64,000 bases of DNA from positions 4,965 to 68,964 of the forward strand of contig JAGZOA010000009.1 in the NCBI GenBank assembly GCA_018363335.1, given 5' to 3'. Of this stretch, positions 44,227-55,047 are shown piece by piece. Position 1 is the first letter of the stretch. Each line of letters opens with the position of its first letter. The translations under genes were made by a program, and so were the position numbers. The stretch comes from Haemophilus parainfluenzae (lineage in GTDB: Bacteria; Pseudomonadota; Gammaproteobacteria; Enterobacterales; Pasteurellaceae). Under the pieces are notes generated by a model. The model ran no database searches and had not been told where the DNA came from. It was given only the letters and a program-made list of their open reading frames with translations.

Positions 44227-45207
44227 ATGACTGAAAAACAAGAAAAAATCATCAATCAATCCGTCAAAATGCTCACCATTTCTGAGGATGAAGCAGGGCA
44301 ACGCATTGATAATTATTTATTGGCAAAATTAAAAGGTGTGCCAAAAAGTTTGATTTATCGCATTCTGCGTAAAGGCGAAGTACGTGTAAACAAAGGACGA
44401 ATCAAACCTGAATATAAATTGCAAAATGGCGATGTGGTGCGAGTGCCTCCAGTTCGTGTTTCTGAAAAAAATACTGCCCCAATTTCTAAAAACTTGAATA
44501 AAGTCGCCTCCCTTGAAAGCCATATTATTTTTGAAGATGATTGTTTATTAGTATTGAACAAACCTTCTGGCATTGCGGTTCATGGAGGGAGTGGTCTGAA
44601 TTTTGGCGTGATTGAAGCCTTGCGTGCATTACGTCCTGAAGCCCGTTTTTTAGAATTAGTTCACCGTTTAGACAGAGATACATCAGGCATTTTATTGGTG
44701 GCGAAGAAACGCTCTGCCTTACGCAACTTACACGAACAACTTCGTGTTAAAACGGTACAAAAAGATTATCTCGCACTCGTACGTGGACAATGGCAATCTC
44801 ATGTAAAAGTCGTACAAGCGCCTCTATTAAAAAATGAGCTGGCCAGTGGTGAACGCATCGTTAAAGTCAGTGAACAAGGCAAACCTTCAGAAACGCGATT
44901 TGCTATTGAAGAACGCTATCAAAATGCGACCTTAGTAAAAGCGTCACCTGTAACAGGAAGAACCCATCAGATCCGAGTTCATACTCAATATGCTGGTCAC
45001 CCGATTGCGCTGGATGATAAATACGGTGATAAAGAATTCGATAAATATATGCAAGAACTCGGGCTCAATCGTTTGTTTTTACATGCGTTTTCTATTCGCT
45101 TTGAGCACCCTAAAACGGGCGAAACATTACGTCTCAATGCTCAACTAGACGAAAAAATGAAAGCAATTCTGAAAAAACTGCGTGAAAGCAAAGAGATAAA
45201 CCCATAG
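44227..45207 (+). CDS. rluC: 23S rRNA pseudouridine synthase RluC
   Basis: 326 aa, S4 domain plus RluA-family core (HRLDRDTSG). Confidence 0.9.
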   Translation: MTEKQEKIINQSVKMLTISEDEAGQRIDNYLLAKLKGVPKSLIYRILRKGEVRVNKGRIKPEYKLQNGDVVRVPPVRVSEKNTAPISKNLNKVASLESHIIFEDDCLLVLNKPSGIAVHGGSGLNFGVIEALRALRPEARFLELVHRLDRDTSGILLVAKKRSALRNLHEQLRVKTVQKDYLALVRGQWQSHVKVVQAPLLKNELASGERIVKVSEQGKPSETRFAIEERYQNATLVKASPVTGRTHQIRVHTQYAGHPIALDDKYGDKEFDKYMQELGLNRLFLHAFSIRFEHPKTGETLRLNAQLDEKMKAILKKLRESKEINP

Positions 45208-45293
45208 ACAAGAAAAATGTTTATTGCTATATTTGATGACGGAGACAACTCGTTTCTATCATTAATTAACATATAACAACAAAGGATAGCAAA

Positions 45294-45578
45294 ATGGCAA
45301 AAGGACAATCATTACAAGATCCTTATTTGAATGCGTTACGCCGTGAACGTATTCCTGTTTCGATTTATCTCGTTAATGGGATTAAATTACAGGGTCAAAT
45401 CGAATCATTCGACCAATTCGTGATTTTATTAAAAAACACGGTTAATCAAATGGTGTACAAACACGCGATTTCAACTGTGGTTCCAGCGCGTTCTGTTTCT
45501 CACCACAATAGTAACGGCGGCCATCATGCAGCACAAACTCCTGACGCTGCAGCGGAAGTAGAAACACAAGCAGAATAA
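45294..45578 (+). CDS. hfq: RNA chaperone Hfq
   Basis: [47 protein letters not shown] Sm motifs. Confidence 0.95.
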   Translation: MAKGQSLQDPYLNALRRERIPVSIYLVNGIKLQGQIESFDQFVILLKNTVNQMVYKHAISTVVPARSVSHHNSNGGHHAAQTPDAAAEVETQAE

Positions 45579-45587
45579 TTCTGTTCA

Positions 45588-46943
45588 ATGAATGATTTCA
45601 TCAATTTAAGTGCGGTTGAAAATTCACCTGAAGTTTCAACCGCACTTTCGTCATCTAAAACAGGCGACAATAGCCCATCGGCAAAAGATAAAGCGGTTGT
45701 CGTGCATGTTTTCTTTTCTCAAAATAAAAACATTGAAGATCTGCAAGAATTCCAACTTTTAGCGGAATCTGCTAATGTTGAGATTTTACAAATCATCACC
45801 ACAAGCCGAGCGACACCACAAGCAAAATATTTTATCGGTGAGGGGAAAGCACAAGAAATTGCGGATGCAGTAAAAGCCTTAGATGCCGATGTTGTTTTGG
45901 TGAATCATCAATTAACCCCTGCACAAACCCGTAATTTAGAAAGCATCTTCCAATGCCGCGTAGTGGATCGCACTGGGGTGATTTTAGATATCTTTGCTCA
46001 ACGAGCCCGCTCGCACGAAGGAAAATTACAAGTTGAATTAGCTCAGCTTAAGCATTTATCCACTCGATTAGTCCGCCGAAAAACAGGTTTAGATCAGCAA
46101 AAAGGTGCGGTTGGATTACGTGGTCCAGGGGAAACGCAATTAGAAACGGATCGCCGTTTAATCAAGGTGCGTATTGCGCAGTTGCAAAATCGTTTAGCGA
46201 AAGTCGAAAAACAACGCAACCAAAATCGCCAAACCCGACAAAAAGCGGATATTCCGACCATTTCCTTAGTGGGTTATACCAATGCGGGAAAATCGACACT
46301 ATTCAATTTCATCACACAAGCCAATGTCTATGCGGCGGATCAGCTTTTCGCCACCCTTGATCCCACATTAAGACGTTTACAAATTCAAGATGTTGGTACG
46401 GCGATTCTCGCCGATACCGTTGGTTTTGTTCGCCAACTCCCCCATGATTTAGTGTCCGCTTTTAAATCTACCTTACAAGAAACGGTAGAAGCCAGTTTGT
46501 TATTGCATGTCATTGATGCAGCAGACGCACGAAAGATCGAAAATATTGAAGCCGTGAATTTAGTATTGGAAGAAATTAAAGCAGATAAAGTGCCTGCATT
46601 GTTGGTGTATAACAAAATTGATTTATTGGAAAATGTGACGCCCCATATTGAATATGATGACGAGAATAAGCCTGTTGCCGTTTATCTTTCTGCGCATTCA
46701 GGTGAAGGATTAGATCTGCTACTTGAAGCCATTAAAGTGCGGTTGAAAAATGAGATACTTTCTTTCACCCTCACTCTGCTCCCACAAGAGGGCAAAATTC
46801 GCCATGCGCTCTATCAATTAGATAGCATTCGCCACGAACAAATTTCGGATGAAGGTGAATTTATCCTCAATGTACAAATTAATAAAGTCGAATGGCTCAA
46901 ACTTTGTAAACAATTCCCTAAACTGTCAGAAATTATTTACTAA
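45588..46943 (+). CDS. hflX: GTPase HflX
   Basis: 451 aa, G-domain [17 protein letters not shown]. Confidence 0.9.
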   Translation: MNDFINLSAVENSPEVSTALSSSKTGDNSPSAKDKAVVVHVFFSQNKNIEDLQEFQLLAESANVEILQIITTSRATPQAKYFIGEGKAQEIADAVKALDADVVLVNHQLTPAQTRNLESIFQCRVVDRTGVILDIFAQRARSHEGKLQVELAQLKHLSTRLVRRKTGLDQQKGAVGLRGPGETQLETDRRLIKVRIAQLQNRLAKVEKQRNQNRQTRQKADIPTISLVGYTNAGKSTLFNFITQANVYAADQLFATLDPTLRRLQIQDVGTAILADTVGFVRQLPHDLVSAFKSTLQETVEASLLLHVIDAADARKIENIEAVNLVLEEIKADKVPALLVYNKIDLLENVTPHIEYDDENKPVAVYLSAHSGEGLDLLLEAIKVRLKNEILSFTLTLLPQEGKIRHALYQLDSIRHEQISDEGEFILNVQINKVEWLKLCKQFPKLSEIIY

Positions 46944-47883
46944 TACCGTATTGTTTTAATTTATTGGCGATCGCCGTGTGTGATACGCCTAATCGTTGTG
47001 CCAATTTTCGCGTACTTGGATACTGGGCATAAAACGCGCGCAATACACTCGCCTCATATTGTCCCATGATCTCATCAAGCGTTTGCTCACCAAAATCATC
47101 CACAGAAATGACCGAACTTTGTATAGGTTTTAAATTTAAACTTTCAATATCAAGCTGATTATTTTTCGCTAAGGAACAGGCACGATACAAGACATTGTAA
47201 AGCTCTCGCACATTACCTTGCCAAGGCTGCCCTTTCAAATAATTCAAAAAATCAGCATCATATTGCGGCATGGGAATCTTAAGCTGCGTGCTAATTTCTT
47301 GTAAAAAACCGTCCGTTAAAGGCTGAATATCTTCAACTCGCTCACGCAAGGGCGGTACATTTAGTGCTAAGACATTTAAGCGATGGAATAAATCACTGCG
47401 CAATTTCCCTTGTTCTAACAGCTTTTCCATCGGTTCTTGTGACGTACAAATCACCCGAACATTTGCATGATGTTCTTTTTCTTCCCCCACTCGACGGAAA
47501 GAACCATCGGTTAAAAAACGCAGTAATTTTGCCTGTAAACTTAATGAAAGCTCGGCAATGCCATCCAGTAACACCGTGCCTTCGTTAGCATATTCAAAAA
47601 AACCGATGGTTTCACTGTCACCCACTTTACGCCCAAACATTTCGCTTTCCGCATCTTCATCCGGCAGGCCTGCACAGTTTACTGCAATGAATTTTTTCTC
47701 ACGACGCAAGCTCGCAAAATGGCAAGCTTTTGCTAATAAATCTTTACCTGTGCCCGTTTCACCTTGAATTAAAAGCGGCACATCAAACATCGCAAAACGT
47801 TGTGCATTTTCGACCGCACTTTTCATGGAAAGGCTTTGAGTGACAAAGCAAGAGAACGGATCTTGTGGATTAAATGTCAGCAT
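46933..47883 (-). CDS. tyrR: TyrR-like sigma54-interaction-domain regulator, short form lacking N-terminal ACT/PAS (as in Haemophilus)
   Basis: 316 aa: AAA+ ([11 protein letters not shown]), C-terminal HTH; overlaps hflX 3' end convergently. Confidence 0.8.
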   Translation of the reverse strand: MLTFNPQDPFSCFVTQSLSMKSAVENAQRFAMFDVPLLIQGETGTGKDLLAKACHFASLRREKKFIAVNCAGLPDEDAESEMFGRKVGDSETIGFFEYANEGTVLLDGIAELSLSLQAKLLRFLTDGSFRRVGEEKEHHANVRVICTSQEPMEKLLEQGKLRSDLFHRLNVLALNVPPLRERVEDIQPLTDGFLQEISTQLKIPMPQYDADFLNYLKGQPWQGNVRELYNVLYRACSLAKNNQLDIESLNLKPIQSSVISVDDFGEQTLDEIMGQYEASVLRAFYAQYPSTRKLAQRLGVSHTAIANKLKQYGISK

Positions 47884-47939
47884 AAAATAAGCTCTGTTTT
47901 ATTAAATGATGCCGATATGATAGGAAGTTTATTGATATG

Positions 47940-47957
47940 TGTAAAGATTAATTTACA
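47940..47957. promoter_or_regulatory. TyrR box TGTAAAgattaaTTTACA upstream of tyrR (autoregulation)
   Basis: Exact match to strong TyrR box consensus TGTAAA-N6-TTTACA, about 60 bp upstream of tyrR start. Confidence 0.6.
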
Positions 47958-47962
47958 TATAA

Positions 47963-47988
47963 AAAGGGCAATCCTTGACTGCCCTTTT
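47963..47988. terminator. terminator AAAGGGCA-atccttgac-TGCCCTTT after the ABC-transporter operon
   Basis: 8-bp stem plus T-tract in minus orientation. Confidence 0.6.
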
Positions 47989-48003
47989 AGATGATTTTTC
48001 GTA

Positions 48004-48912
48004 TTATTTTTTCACTGCACGATCAAGTTCTTGTGCAATGATTTCCATGCTTTCTAAACCACCAAACGCAAGATACCAATTGGCTGCATCAAGGTACACA
48101 ATGTGTCCATCTTTATAGGCTTTGGTTTGTTTGATGATATCGTTATCCAATACTTTTTGTGCATTGTTGGCTTTTTTTGTAATGGCCGCTGTACGATCCA
48201 CGACAAGTAAAAAGTCTGGATTTTTTTCTAAGATATATTCAAAACCAACGCTTTGTCCATGCGTAGACGATTTGATGCTGTTATCAATCGGTTTAAAACC
48301 AAATTTTTGATACACCATGCCATAGCGAGAACCGTCACCAAAGGCACTGATTTTACTTTCATTAACCAATACCAACAAAGCTGTTTTGTCTTTCACATCT
48401 TTTGCGACTTGGTCAACCTTGCTTTCCAATGCTGAAAGTTTTTCTTTCGCGACACTTTCTTTACCAAAAATCTGACCAAGTGCGGTCACATTTTGTTGAA
48501 AACTTGGATAATAATTGGTGTAGTCATAATCCACATTCAACACGGGTGCAATTTCCTTAAACTTGTCGAGCATTTTTTCTTGACGTTTAGAAGCAATGAT
48601 CAAATCCGGATTGAGCTCATTAATTTGCTCTAATGATTGCTCTTTCAAATCACCAACATTCTTATATTTTTTGTCTGCAAATTCTGCAAGATAAGCAGGG
48701 ATTTTGCTACTTTGAGGAAAACCTACGACTTTATCTTGTACACCTAATGCACGAAGCGTATCAGCAGCACCAAAATCGAGAACCACCACACGTTGCGGAT
48801 TTTGTGGCACTACTTGTTTTCCAACGGAATTTTCCACCGTAATATCCGCAGCTTGTACAACACCAGAAAGTGCGACGAGTGAAAGTGCTAAAGTTGATAA
48901 TGTTTTTTTCAT
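48004..48912 (-). CDS. iron(III)-siderophore-type ABC transporter periplasmic binding protein (CeuE/FatB/YclQ-like)
   Basis: 302 aa, signal peptide, class III SBP pattern. Confidence 0.7.
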   Translation of the reverse strand: MKKTLSTLALSLVALSGVVQAADITVENSVGKQVVPQNPQRVVVLDFGAADTLRALGVQDKVVGFPQSSKIPAYLAEFADKKYKNVGDLKEQSLEQINELNPDLIIASKRQEKMLDKFKEIAPVLNVDYDYTNYYPSFQQNVTALGQIFGKESVAKEKLSALESKVDQVAKDVKDKTALLVLVNESKISAFGDGSRYGMVYQKFGFKPIDNSIKSSTHGQSVGFEYILEKNPDFLLVVDRTAAITKKANNAQKVLDNDIIKQTKAYKDGHIVYLDAANWYLAFGGLESMEIIAQELDRAVKK

Positions 48913-48926
48913 AAAGATTTCCTTAT

Positions 48927-49688
48927 TTATCTAAAATAAACGGCAATTTTATGGTCGTCGATATCCTGAATCGGAATCGCCATGTCATAAATATCTTGTA
49001 ATACGGTTGATTGCATAATGTGGTTAACTTCACCTTGTTGGACTAATTTTCCATTTTTCATGGCAACAATGTAGTCGGAATAACAGGAGGCGAAATTAAT
49101 ATCATGAATCACAATCACCACGGTTTTGTTGAGTTCTGTCGCTAATTTACGCAAAACTTGCATGATCTGCACAGAATGCTTCATATCCAGATTATTTAAT
49201 GGTTCATCCAACAAAATATAATCGGTATCTTGTGCAAGTGTCATCGCAATATAAGCACGTTGTCGCTGCCCACCACTTAAGTTATCGATGTATTGATGAC
49301 GAATATCATCTAAATTCATATAGGCAATGGCATTATCAATAAAAGTGCGGTCAGTTTGGGTTAAGTTTCCTTTGCTATAAGGGAAACGCCCAAAAGCGAC
49401 TAAATCTTCAATAGTTAAACGCAGATTAATGTTGTTCGTTTGCTTTAAGATCGCAAGCTGTTTAGCAATATCGCAACTTTTTTTGCGATTGAGCAATTCA
49501 CCGTTGAGATATACATCTCCACTATCAGCACTTAACAAACGGCTAATAATAGACAATACCGTACTCTTCCCCGCGCCATTCGGCCCGATAAAAGACGTAA
49601 TTTTCCCCGTAGGAATGGTAAGGGACACATTATCCACCACCTTTTTGCTTCCGTAACTTTTAGTAATATTGCGAATTTCTATTGCCAT
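48927..49688 (-). CDS. iron-siderophore ABC transporter ATP-binding protein (FecE/CeuD-like)
   Basis: 253 aa, Walker [18 protein letters not shown] signature. Confidence 0.85.
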   Translation of the reverse strand: MAIEIRNITKSYGSKKVVDNVSLTIPTGKITSFIGPNGAGKSTVLSIISRLLSADSGDVYLNGELLNRKKSCDIAKQLAILKQTNNINLRLTIEDLVAFGRFPYSKGNLTQTDRTFIDNAIAYMNLDDIRHQYIDNLSGGQRQRAYIAMTLAQDTDYILLDEPLNNLDMKHSVQIMQVLRKLATELNKTVVIVIHDINFASCYSDYIVAMKNGKLVQQGEVNHIMQSTVLQDIYDMAIPIQDIDDHKIAVYFR

Positions 49689-50638
49689 TTTTTGTTTGCT
49701 CTTAATAACAAATAAATAAAGTACACACCGCCGACAAAATTAACGATGATGCTTAATGTCGTGCGGAACGTAAAAATATGGGTCACTAATAATTGCCCTA
49801 AAACCAAGGTTATAATGGAAATTAACATCGCGGCAGGGATGAGTACCTTGTGACGATAATCACGAACAAATTCAAAGGTCACATTCATCACCAATAGCCC
49901 GAGGAACGTAAGTGGGCCGACAAGTGCGGTCGACACTGACGTTAAAATTGCCACGAGAATTAATAAGACTTTTAAGGTCTTTTGATAATCGATACCTAAG
50001 TTAATGGCATTTTCTCGCCCTAACGCCAACACATCAAAGCAATGCCAATATTTCAAACTGAAAACAATCGTCGACACTAAAATGGCTAATGCGACCCACA
50101 AGATTTGTGTATTGATTCGGTTGAAACTGGCAAAGCCAATATCTTGAGCGATCTGGAATTCATTTGGGTCAATCAACACTTCCATAAACGTCGTTAAGCT
50201 ACCAAAGAAGGTGCCGAAAATAATCCCGACAAGCAACAAGAAGAAAATATTTTGGTTTTCTTTCTTAAACAGGAAATGATAAAGCACTAATGAAAACGCC
50301 ATCATTAATCCCGTACACAAGACAAACAATGCAATCGAATTCATGGAAAGCAATGTGCTCGAACCGAAAAGGAAAATAATCGTTGTTTGAATCAGCAAAT
50401 ACAGTGAATCTAAACCTAAAATACTCGGTGTGAGAATTCGGTTATTCACGACGGTTTGGAAAATCATCGTAGCGAGTGCAATTGCCGCGCCTGTAATCAC
50501 AATCGCAATTAAGGATAAGGCACGATTTTCCAAGGCATATTGCCAACGGTTCGGTAAGTTGTAGCCTAAATAAAGTGCAAGAGAAACAATGGCTAACAAC
50601 GACAATACAATCAGTTGAGAAGAAGATTTCTTAGCCAT
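49679..50638 (-). CDS. FecCD-family ABC permease (second)
   Basis: 319 aa polytopic FecCD-like. Confidence 0.8.
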   Translation of the reverse strand: MAKKSSSQLIVLSLLAIVSLALYLGYNLPNRWQYALENRALSLIAIVITGAAIALATMIFQTVVNNRILTPSILGLDSLYLLIQTTIIFLFGSSTLLSMNSIALFVLCTGLMMAFSLVLYHFLFKKENQNIFFLLLVGIIFGTFFGSLTTFMEVLIDPNEFQIAQDIGFASFNRINTQILWVALAILVSTIVFSLKYWHCFDVLALGRENAINLGIDYQKTLKVLLILVAILTSVSTALVGPLTFLGLLVMNVTFEFVRDYRHKVLIPAAMLISIITLVLGQLLVTHIFTFRTTLSIIVNFVGGVYFIYLLLRANKKWQ

Positions 50639-51623
50639 TTCTATACCGCTTTAATAATAAAAATAAGAAGATACCACTGCCAAATACGCCAACCACGGCA
50701 TTAATGGAAATCTCATAAGGATAAATCACACTTCGACCTAAAATATCGCAGAACAAGACAAATACAGCTCCCAATAAAGCGGTATGAGAGAGTACTTTCT
50801 TCAAGTTATCACCCAAATAAAGTGTGACGATATTCGGGATAATTAACCCCAAGAAAGGGATCACGCCAACAGACACGATAATAATCGAAGATACGACCGC
50901 CACAATGAGCAGACCGAGATAAAGTACTTGGTTGTAATTTAGACCTAGATTAACCGCAAAATCTTTCCCCATCCCAACAATAGAAAAACGATGTGCAAAT
51001 AAATAAGCCACGATGAGTGTAGGAATACTGAAATACAACAATTCGTAACGGCCTGACATCACAAGAGAAAAATCCCCTTGTAGCCACCCGGATAAGTTTT
51101 GCAATAAATCTTCTTTGTAAGCGATAAAGGCAGTAATTGAACTGATGATATTACCGAACATAATCCCCACTAAGGGCACAAAAATCGTGTCCTTAAATTT
51201 CAAACGGGACAGAATCGTCATAAATAACAATGTGCCCAGGAAAGACACGATGACTGCAATAGTGGTTTTTAACAACATTGAAGCTGTTGGGAAAAACAGC
51301 ATCGCCATTAAAATCCCTAATCGTGCGCTGTCCATTGTGCCCGCCGTGGTGGGAGAAACAAATCGGTTTCGACTGAGTTGCTGCATCACTAAACCACAAA
51401 TACTCAAGGATGCACCAGCAATCAAGATACTGATTAAGCGAGGCACGCGACTAATTAAAAAAATCTGCCATTGATTACCTTCAAAATTCAGTAACCCTTG
51501 CAAATTAACGGTACTTACCCCGAGAAAAAGTGAAACAAAGGAAAGCACGATCAAAAGAAAAATCAAATAACGTCGCTTAATCATAAAAATGAGAATAATT
51601 CTAAAATGCAAAGAGAATAGCAT
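50631..51623 (-). CDS. FecCD-family ABC permease (first); alternative start at MIKRRY (51584)
   Basis: 330 aa polytopic FecCD-like; overlapping gene junctions indicate operon permease-permease-ATPase-SBP (CeuBCDE/YclNOPQ order). Confidence 0.8.
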   Translation of the reverse strand: MLFSLHFRIILIFMIKRRYLIFLLIVLSFVSLFLGVSTVNLQGLLNFEGNQWQIFLISRVPRLISILIAGASLSICGLVMQQLSRNRFVSPTTAGTMDSARLGILMAMLFFPTASMLLKTTIAVIVSFLGTLLFMTILSRLKFKDTIFVPLVGIMFGNIISSITAFIAYKEDLLQNLSGWLQGDFSLVMSGRYELLYFSIPTLIVAYLFAHRFSIVGMGKDFAVNLGLNYNQVLYLGLLIVAVVSSIIIVSVGVIPFLGLIIPNIVTLYLGDNLKKVLSHTALLGAVFVLFCDILGRSVIYPYEISINAVVGVFGSGIFLFLLLKRYRNG

Positions 51624-51684
51624 ATTGAGGAAAAAGAGAAAAGATGAAGTGCGGTCAGTTTTCAGCTAATTTTTTAGGCCTATA

Positions 51685-51712
51685 AAAATGCGGTCAAATT
51701 TGACCGCATTTT
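51685..51712. terminator. inverted USS-variant pair AAAATGCGGTCA-aatt-TGACCGCATTTT terminating mepM
   Basis: 12-bp inverted repeat with T-tract in mepM orientation. Confidence 0.55.
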
Positions 51713-51717
51713 ATTCA

Positions 51718-53196
51718 CTATAATTTTAATGTTCTTTCAACTTCTTTTGCTCGGACTAAGAATTGCTTACGCTCTGCAGTTGCCATACCGCTGCTGGTAC
51801 CTGGCAATTTCACTGTAAGCGGGTTTACTGCACGATCATTAATATGGAACTCATAGTGCAAGTGTGGCCCCGTTGAGATACCCGTATTCCCTGTTAATGC
51901 AATGCGCTCCCCTTTCTTCACTGTTTGGCCCGCACGCACTAAAGCACGACTTAAATGCATATACACCGTTTGATATTCACGACCATGGCGTATCACCACA
52001 TAACGTCCTGCACCACCGGCTTGATAAGCCACTTTTTCCACCACACCTTCTGCTGGCGCAATAACTGGCGTACCTGGTGAAACAGCAAAGTCTACCCCTT
52101 TATGCGGACGAACACGTCCCGTTACCGGATGGCGGCGATTTGGGTTAAATGGTGACGAAATACGTGCTTGGCGTTGTAATGGATAACGCGCAAAACCTTT
52201 GCCAAGGGTTTCCCCTTGCTTATCGTAGTAGCGACCATTCGCTGCTTGAATACCATAATAGCTCTTACCATCTGCCATAATGTGAATGGCTTCAACGTTA
52301 CCTTGACCGGTTAATTTATCACCTAAATATTCACGTGATACCAAAATCGCAAATTTGGTGCCTTTACTGAGTTTTTGAAGACTTACCTGCCACTGTAACG
52401 CAGAGCTTAACTGGCTGATTTGACGACCATCCAAACCTAAATCACGCAAACTTGATGCAAAAGATCCGTTAATCGTGCCTTTTATCACCTCTTTCTTCCA
52501 GATACTTTTCTTCTCTAGAATTTGGCGTTTAAACTTACCGTCTTCCGTGCGTTCATAAATGCGTTCTTCTTTTTCAGACACCAACCAGTTTAAATATTCC
52601 AGTTGATCTTCTTTATCTAAAATCCAATAGAACTGCTGGCCTGCACGCAAGGTTTTTAACTCAGGATATTCGGCAATTAAATTCTTCGCCGTATCATCTT
52701 CTAAACCTGAAAGCTCTAACACGTCTTTTAATGAATCGCCACGCACCACGGTATGACTAAATTGATCGGTAATACGTAATGCCTGATCGGCGACATCTAA
52801 AATACCACTGAGCGCATCTTGAGCGTCTTTTGGTAAATCATTAAGATCGTCAAACTGTGGTTTGATTTCATCCACTTCATCATCTTTGGCTTGAAGTTCA
52901 TCATCATAAGAAGTTGCATCTTCCGTGTTAGCCTGTTGTTTTGCTTCAGGATGTTCACCTTCTTGAGATTGAGGATTGCCCGATTCTGTTTTTTCAGGTG
53001 TAAGAGATTGATATTGAACGTTATCCACCATCTCTGGCTCAAGATTACTTTGCAGAGAAGGATCATAATCAGCGGTATCTTTAAAGGCGAGGAAAATACC
53101 CGTTAAAATAAGCAAAAGTGCGGCAAAAAAAATCGCCGCTTTTATGCGGGATTTTCGTTTCCGTCTATCTCTGGCTAATTTAACGTGTTGGACCAT
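51718..53196 (-). CDS. mepM: murein DD-endopeptidase MepM (YebA), M23 peptidase
   Basis: 492 aa; C-terminal M23 motifs (HKGVDFA, GPHLHYE) collinear with E. coli MepM; divergent from znuCB as in E. coli. Confidence 0.8.
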   Translation of the reverse strand: MVQHVKLARDRRKRKSRIKAAIFFAALLLILTGIFLAFKDTADYDPSLQSNLEPEMVDNVQYQSLTPEKTESGNPQSQEGEHPEAKQQANTEDATSYDDELQAKDDEVDEIKPQFDDLNDLPKDAQDALSGILDVADQALRITDQFSHTVVRGDSLKDVLELSGLEDDTAKNLIAEYPELKTLRAGQQFYWILDKEDQLEYLNWLVSEKEERIYERTEDGKFKRQILEKKSIWKKEVIKGTINGSFASSLRDLGLDGRQISQLSSALQWQVSLQKLSKGTKFAILVSREYLGDKLTGQGNVEAIHIMADGKSYYGIQAANGRYYDKQGETLGKGFARYPLQRQARISSPFNPNRRHPVTGRVRPHKGVDFAVSPGTPVIAPAEGVVEKVAYQAGGAGRYVVIRHGREYQTVYMHLSRALVRAGQTVKKGERIALTGNTGISTGPHLHYEFHINDRAVNPLTVKLPGTSSGMATAERKQFLVRAKEVERTLKL

Positions 53197-53287
53197 TTGA
53201 TACCTTTAAAATGAATAAAAAAGATTTTCGTTTTTCAGACTACAAACTCTAAAAAAAATTCATTTTACCCTAAAAATGTCAAATCTT

Positions 53288-53306
53288 ATGCCTAAATATT
53301 AGGCAT
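53288..53306. promoter_or_regulatory. 19-bp near-perfect palindrome ATGCCTAA-ata-TTAGGCAT in mepM/znuC divergent region (candidate Zur operator, non-canonical)
   Basis: 8+8 inverted repeat seen directly, about 70 bp upstream of znuC. Confidence 0.35.
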
Positions 53307-53373
53307 AGTCAGAATTTCTTGAGAAAAACAAGGAAATGAGCTATTTTAGTGAGCCATTTTTAAAGGGGGGATT

Positions 53374-54165
53374 ATGCAGATTCACGCCATTCAACCAGCC
53401 CAACCAACACCATTAATTACGCTGAAAAATATCAATGTGGTCTTTGAACAAAAGACAGCATTACGGGATATTAATTTCAGCATTTATCCTAATTCAATTA
53501 TCACCATTGTAGGCCCAAATGGTGGGGGGAAATCGACCCTCTTGAAAACCTTATTAAAATTACAACCGCCGACATCCGGTGAGGTGATTTATAGCACCAA
53601 TGTCAGAATTGGCTATGTCCCACAAAAAATTCACCTCGATCACAGCTTACCAATGACGGTTGAGCGTTTTCTGGCACTCAAAAAAGGGGTTAAAACGCAA
53701 GAAATATCAACCGCACTTGAGCAACTCTCTATCACTCATTTGAGAAAAAATAATATGCAAAAACTCTCAGGTGGGGAAATGCAACGCGTGTTATTGGCTC
53801 GTGCGATTTTGAACAAACCCAATTTACTGGTGCTAGATGAACCAACTCAAGGGGTCGATATTAATGGTCAAGCTGAACTTTATCAGCTGATTCACCGTAC
53901 TCAACAAGCCTTAAATTGTGCGGTTTTAATGGTTTCCCATGATTTGCATATCGTGATGGCGGACAGTAAAGAAGTGTTGTGCATCAATCAACATATTCGC
54001 TGTGCCGGCACACCCGAAAGTTTATCGAATGATCCAACATTTATACGCCTTTGGGGCAACCAAATCTCACAAAATGTGGGCTTTTATACGCACCATCATA
54101 ATCATCATAATATGCACGGTGATGTTTGTAGTTGCAGTGCCAATCCATCTGAATGCCAACAATAA
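53374..54165 (+). CDS. znuC: zinc ABC transporter ATP-binding protein with His-rich C-terminal tail
   Basis: 263 aa collinear with E. coli ZnuC; tail [11 protein letters not shown]. Confidence 0.9.
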   Translation: MQIHAIQPAQPTPLITLKNINVVFEQKTALRDINFSIYPNSIITIVGPNGGGKSTLLKTLLKLQPPTSGEVIYSTNVRIGYVPQKIHLDHSLPMTVERFLALKKGVKTQEISTALEQLSITHLRKNNMQKLSGGEMQRVLLARAILNKPNLLVLDEPTQGVDINGQAELYQLIHRTQQALNCAVLMVSHDLHIVMADSKEVLCINQHIRCAGTPESLSNDPTFIRLWGNQISQNVGFYTHHHNHHNMHGDVCSCSANPSECQQ

Positions 54166-54174
54166 GGAAAAATC

Positions 54175-54960
54175 ATGTTTGAGATTTTATTTCCCGCCTT
54201 GCTTACAGGCTTACTGCTTTCCTTAATTACCGCACCACTGGGTGCTTTTGTGGTGTGGCGTAAAATGGCTTATTTTGGTGATACCCTTTCCCACTCAGCC
54301 TTGCTTGGTGTGGCGTTAGGGATTTTCTTACAAATTAACCCTTATGTTGCCATTGTAATTTTGACGATTATTCTCGCCGTATTAATGGTTTGGCTCGAAA
54401 GTAACACGCAATTTTCAGTGGATACCCTTTTAGGCATTATCGCACACAGTTGTCTTTCCCTTGGTGTGGTTACGGTTGGCTTGCTTAAAAATGTTCGCGT
54501 AGATTTAATGAGTTATCTTTTTGGGGATTTGCTTGCCATTAATTTTAACGATTTACCTTATATTGGCGCGGGTGTTGTTATTGTATTAGGCACACTGCTT
54601 TACTTCTGGCAAGCCTTACTCTCCACCACAGTTTCACCTGAACTGGCTCAAGTAGAAGGCATTAACATTAAAAAAATGCGATTTATCTTAATGATTTTGA
54701 CCGCACTTACCATTGCATTAAGTATGAAGTTTGTAGGAGCCCTAATTATTACATCGCTCTTAATTATTCCCGCCGCAACAGCAAGACGTTTTGCTAAAAC
54801 GCCTGAACAAATGGTATTTATTGCGATTTTAATCAGTATGCTTTCCGTCATTGGCGGGTTATTCCTTTCTGCCTTTTATGATACAGCGGCAGGTCCTTCT
54901 GTCGTGATTTGTTCCGCATTTTTGTTTTTGTTATCATTACTAAAAAAGGAATATTTATAA
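54175..54960 (+). CDS. znuB: zinc ABC transporter permease
   Basis: 261 aa collinear with E. coli ZnuB. Confidence 0.9.
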   Translation: MFEILFPALLTGLLLSLITAPLGAFVVWRKMAYFGDTLSHSALLGVALGIFLQINPYVAIVILTIILAVLMVWLESNTQFSVDTLLGIIAHSCLSLGVVTVGLLKNVRVDLMSYLFGDLLAINFNDLPYIGAGVVIVLGTLLYFWQALLSTTVSPELAQVEGINIKKMRFILMILTALTIALSMKFVGALIITSLLIIPAATARRFAKTPEQMVFIAILISMLSVIGGLFLSAFYDTAAGPSVVICSAFLFLLSLLKKEYL

Positions 54961-55047
54961 TCCGCTCCAACCAGTGAAAACCATTTGCACCGCACCTTAA
55001 ATCTTGATAAAGTGCGGGCAACTTTTGACGATATTTTAGGATAAGAA

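Noticed and set aside
51588-51612. Fur-box-like palindrome AGAATAATTCT as a confident regulatory feature
   Set aside because: Only a partial match to the Fur consensus, and it lies inside the coding region if the annotated upstream start (51623) is used; kept only as a low-confidence note.
53990-54226. ORF 54002-54226 overlapping the znuC 3' end
   Set aside because: Out-of-frame overlap with the His-rich ZnuC tail; spurious.
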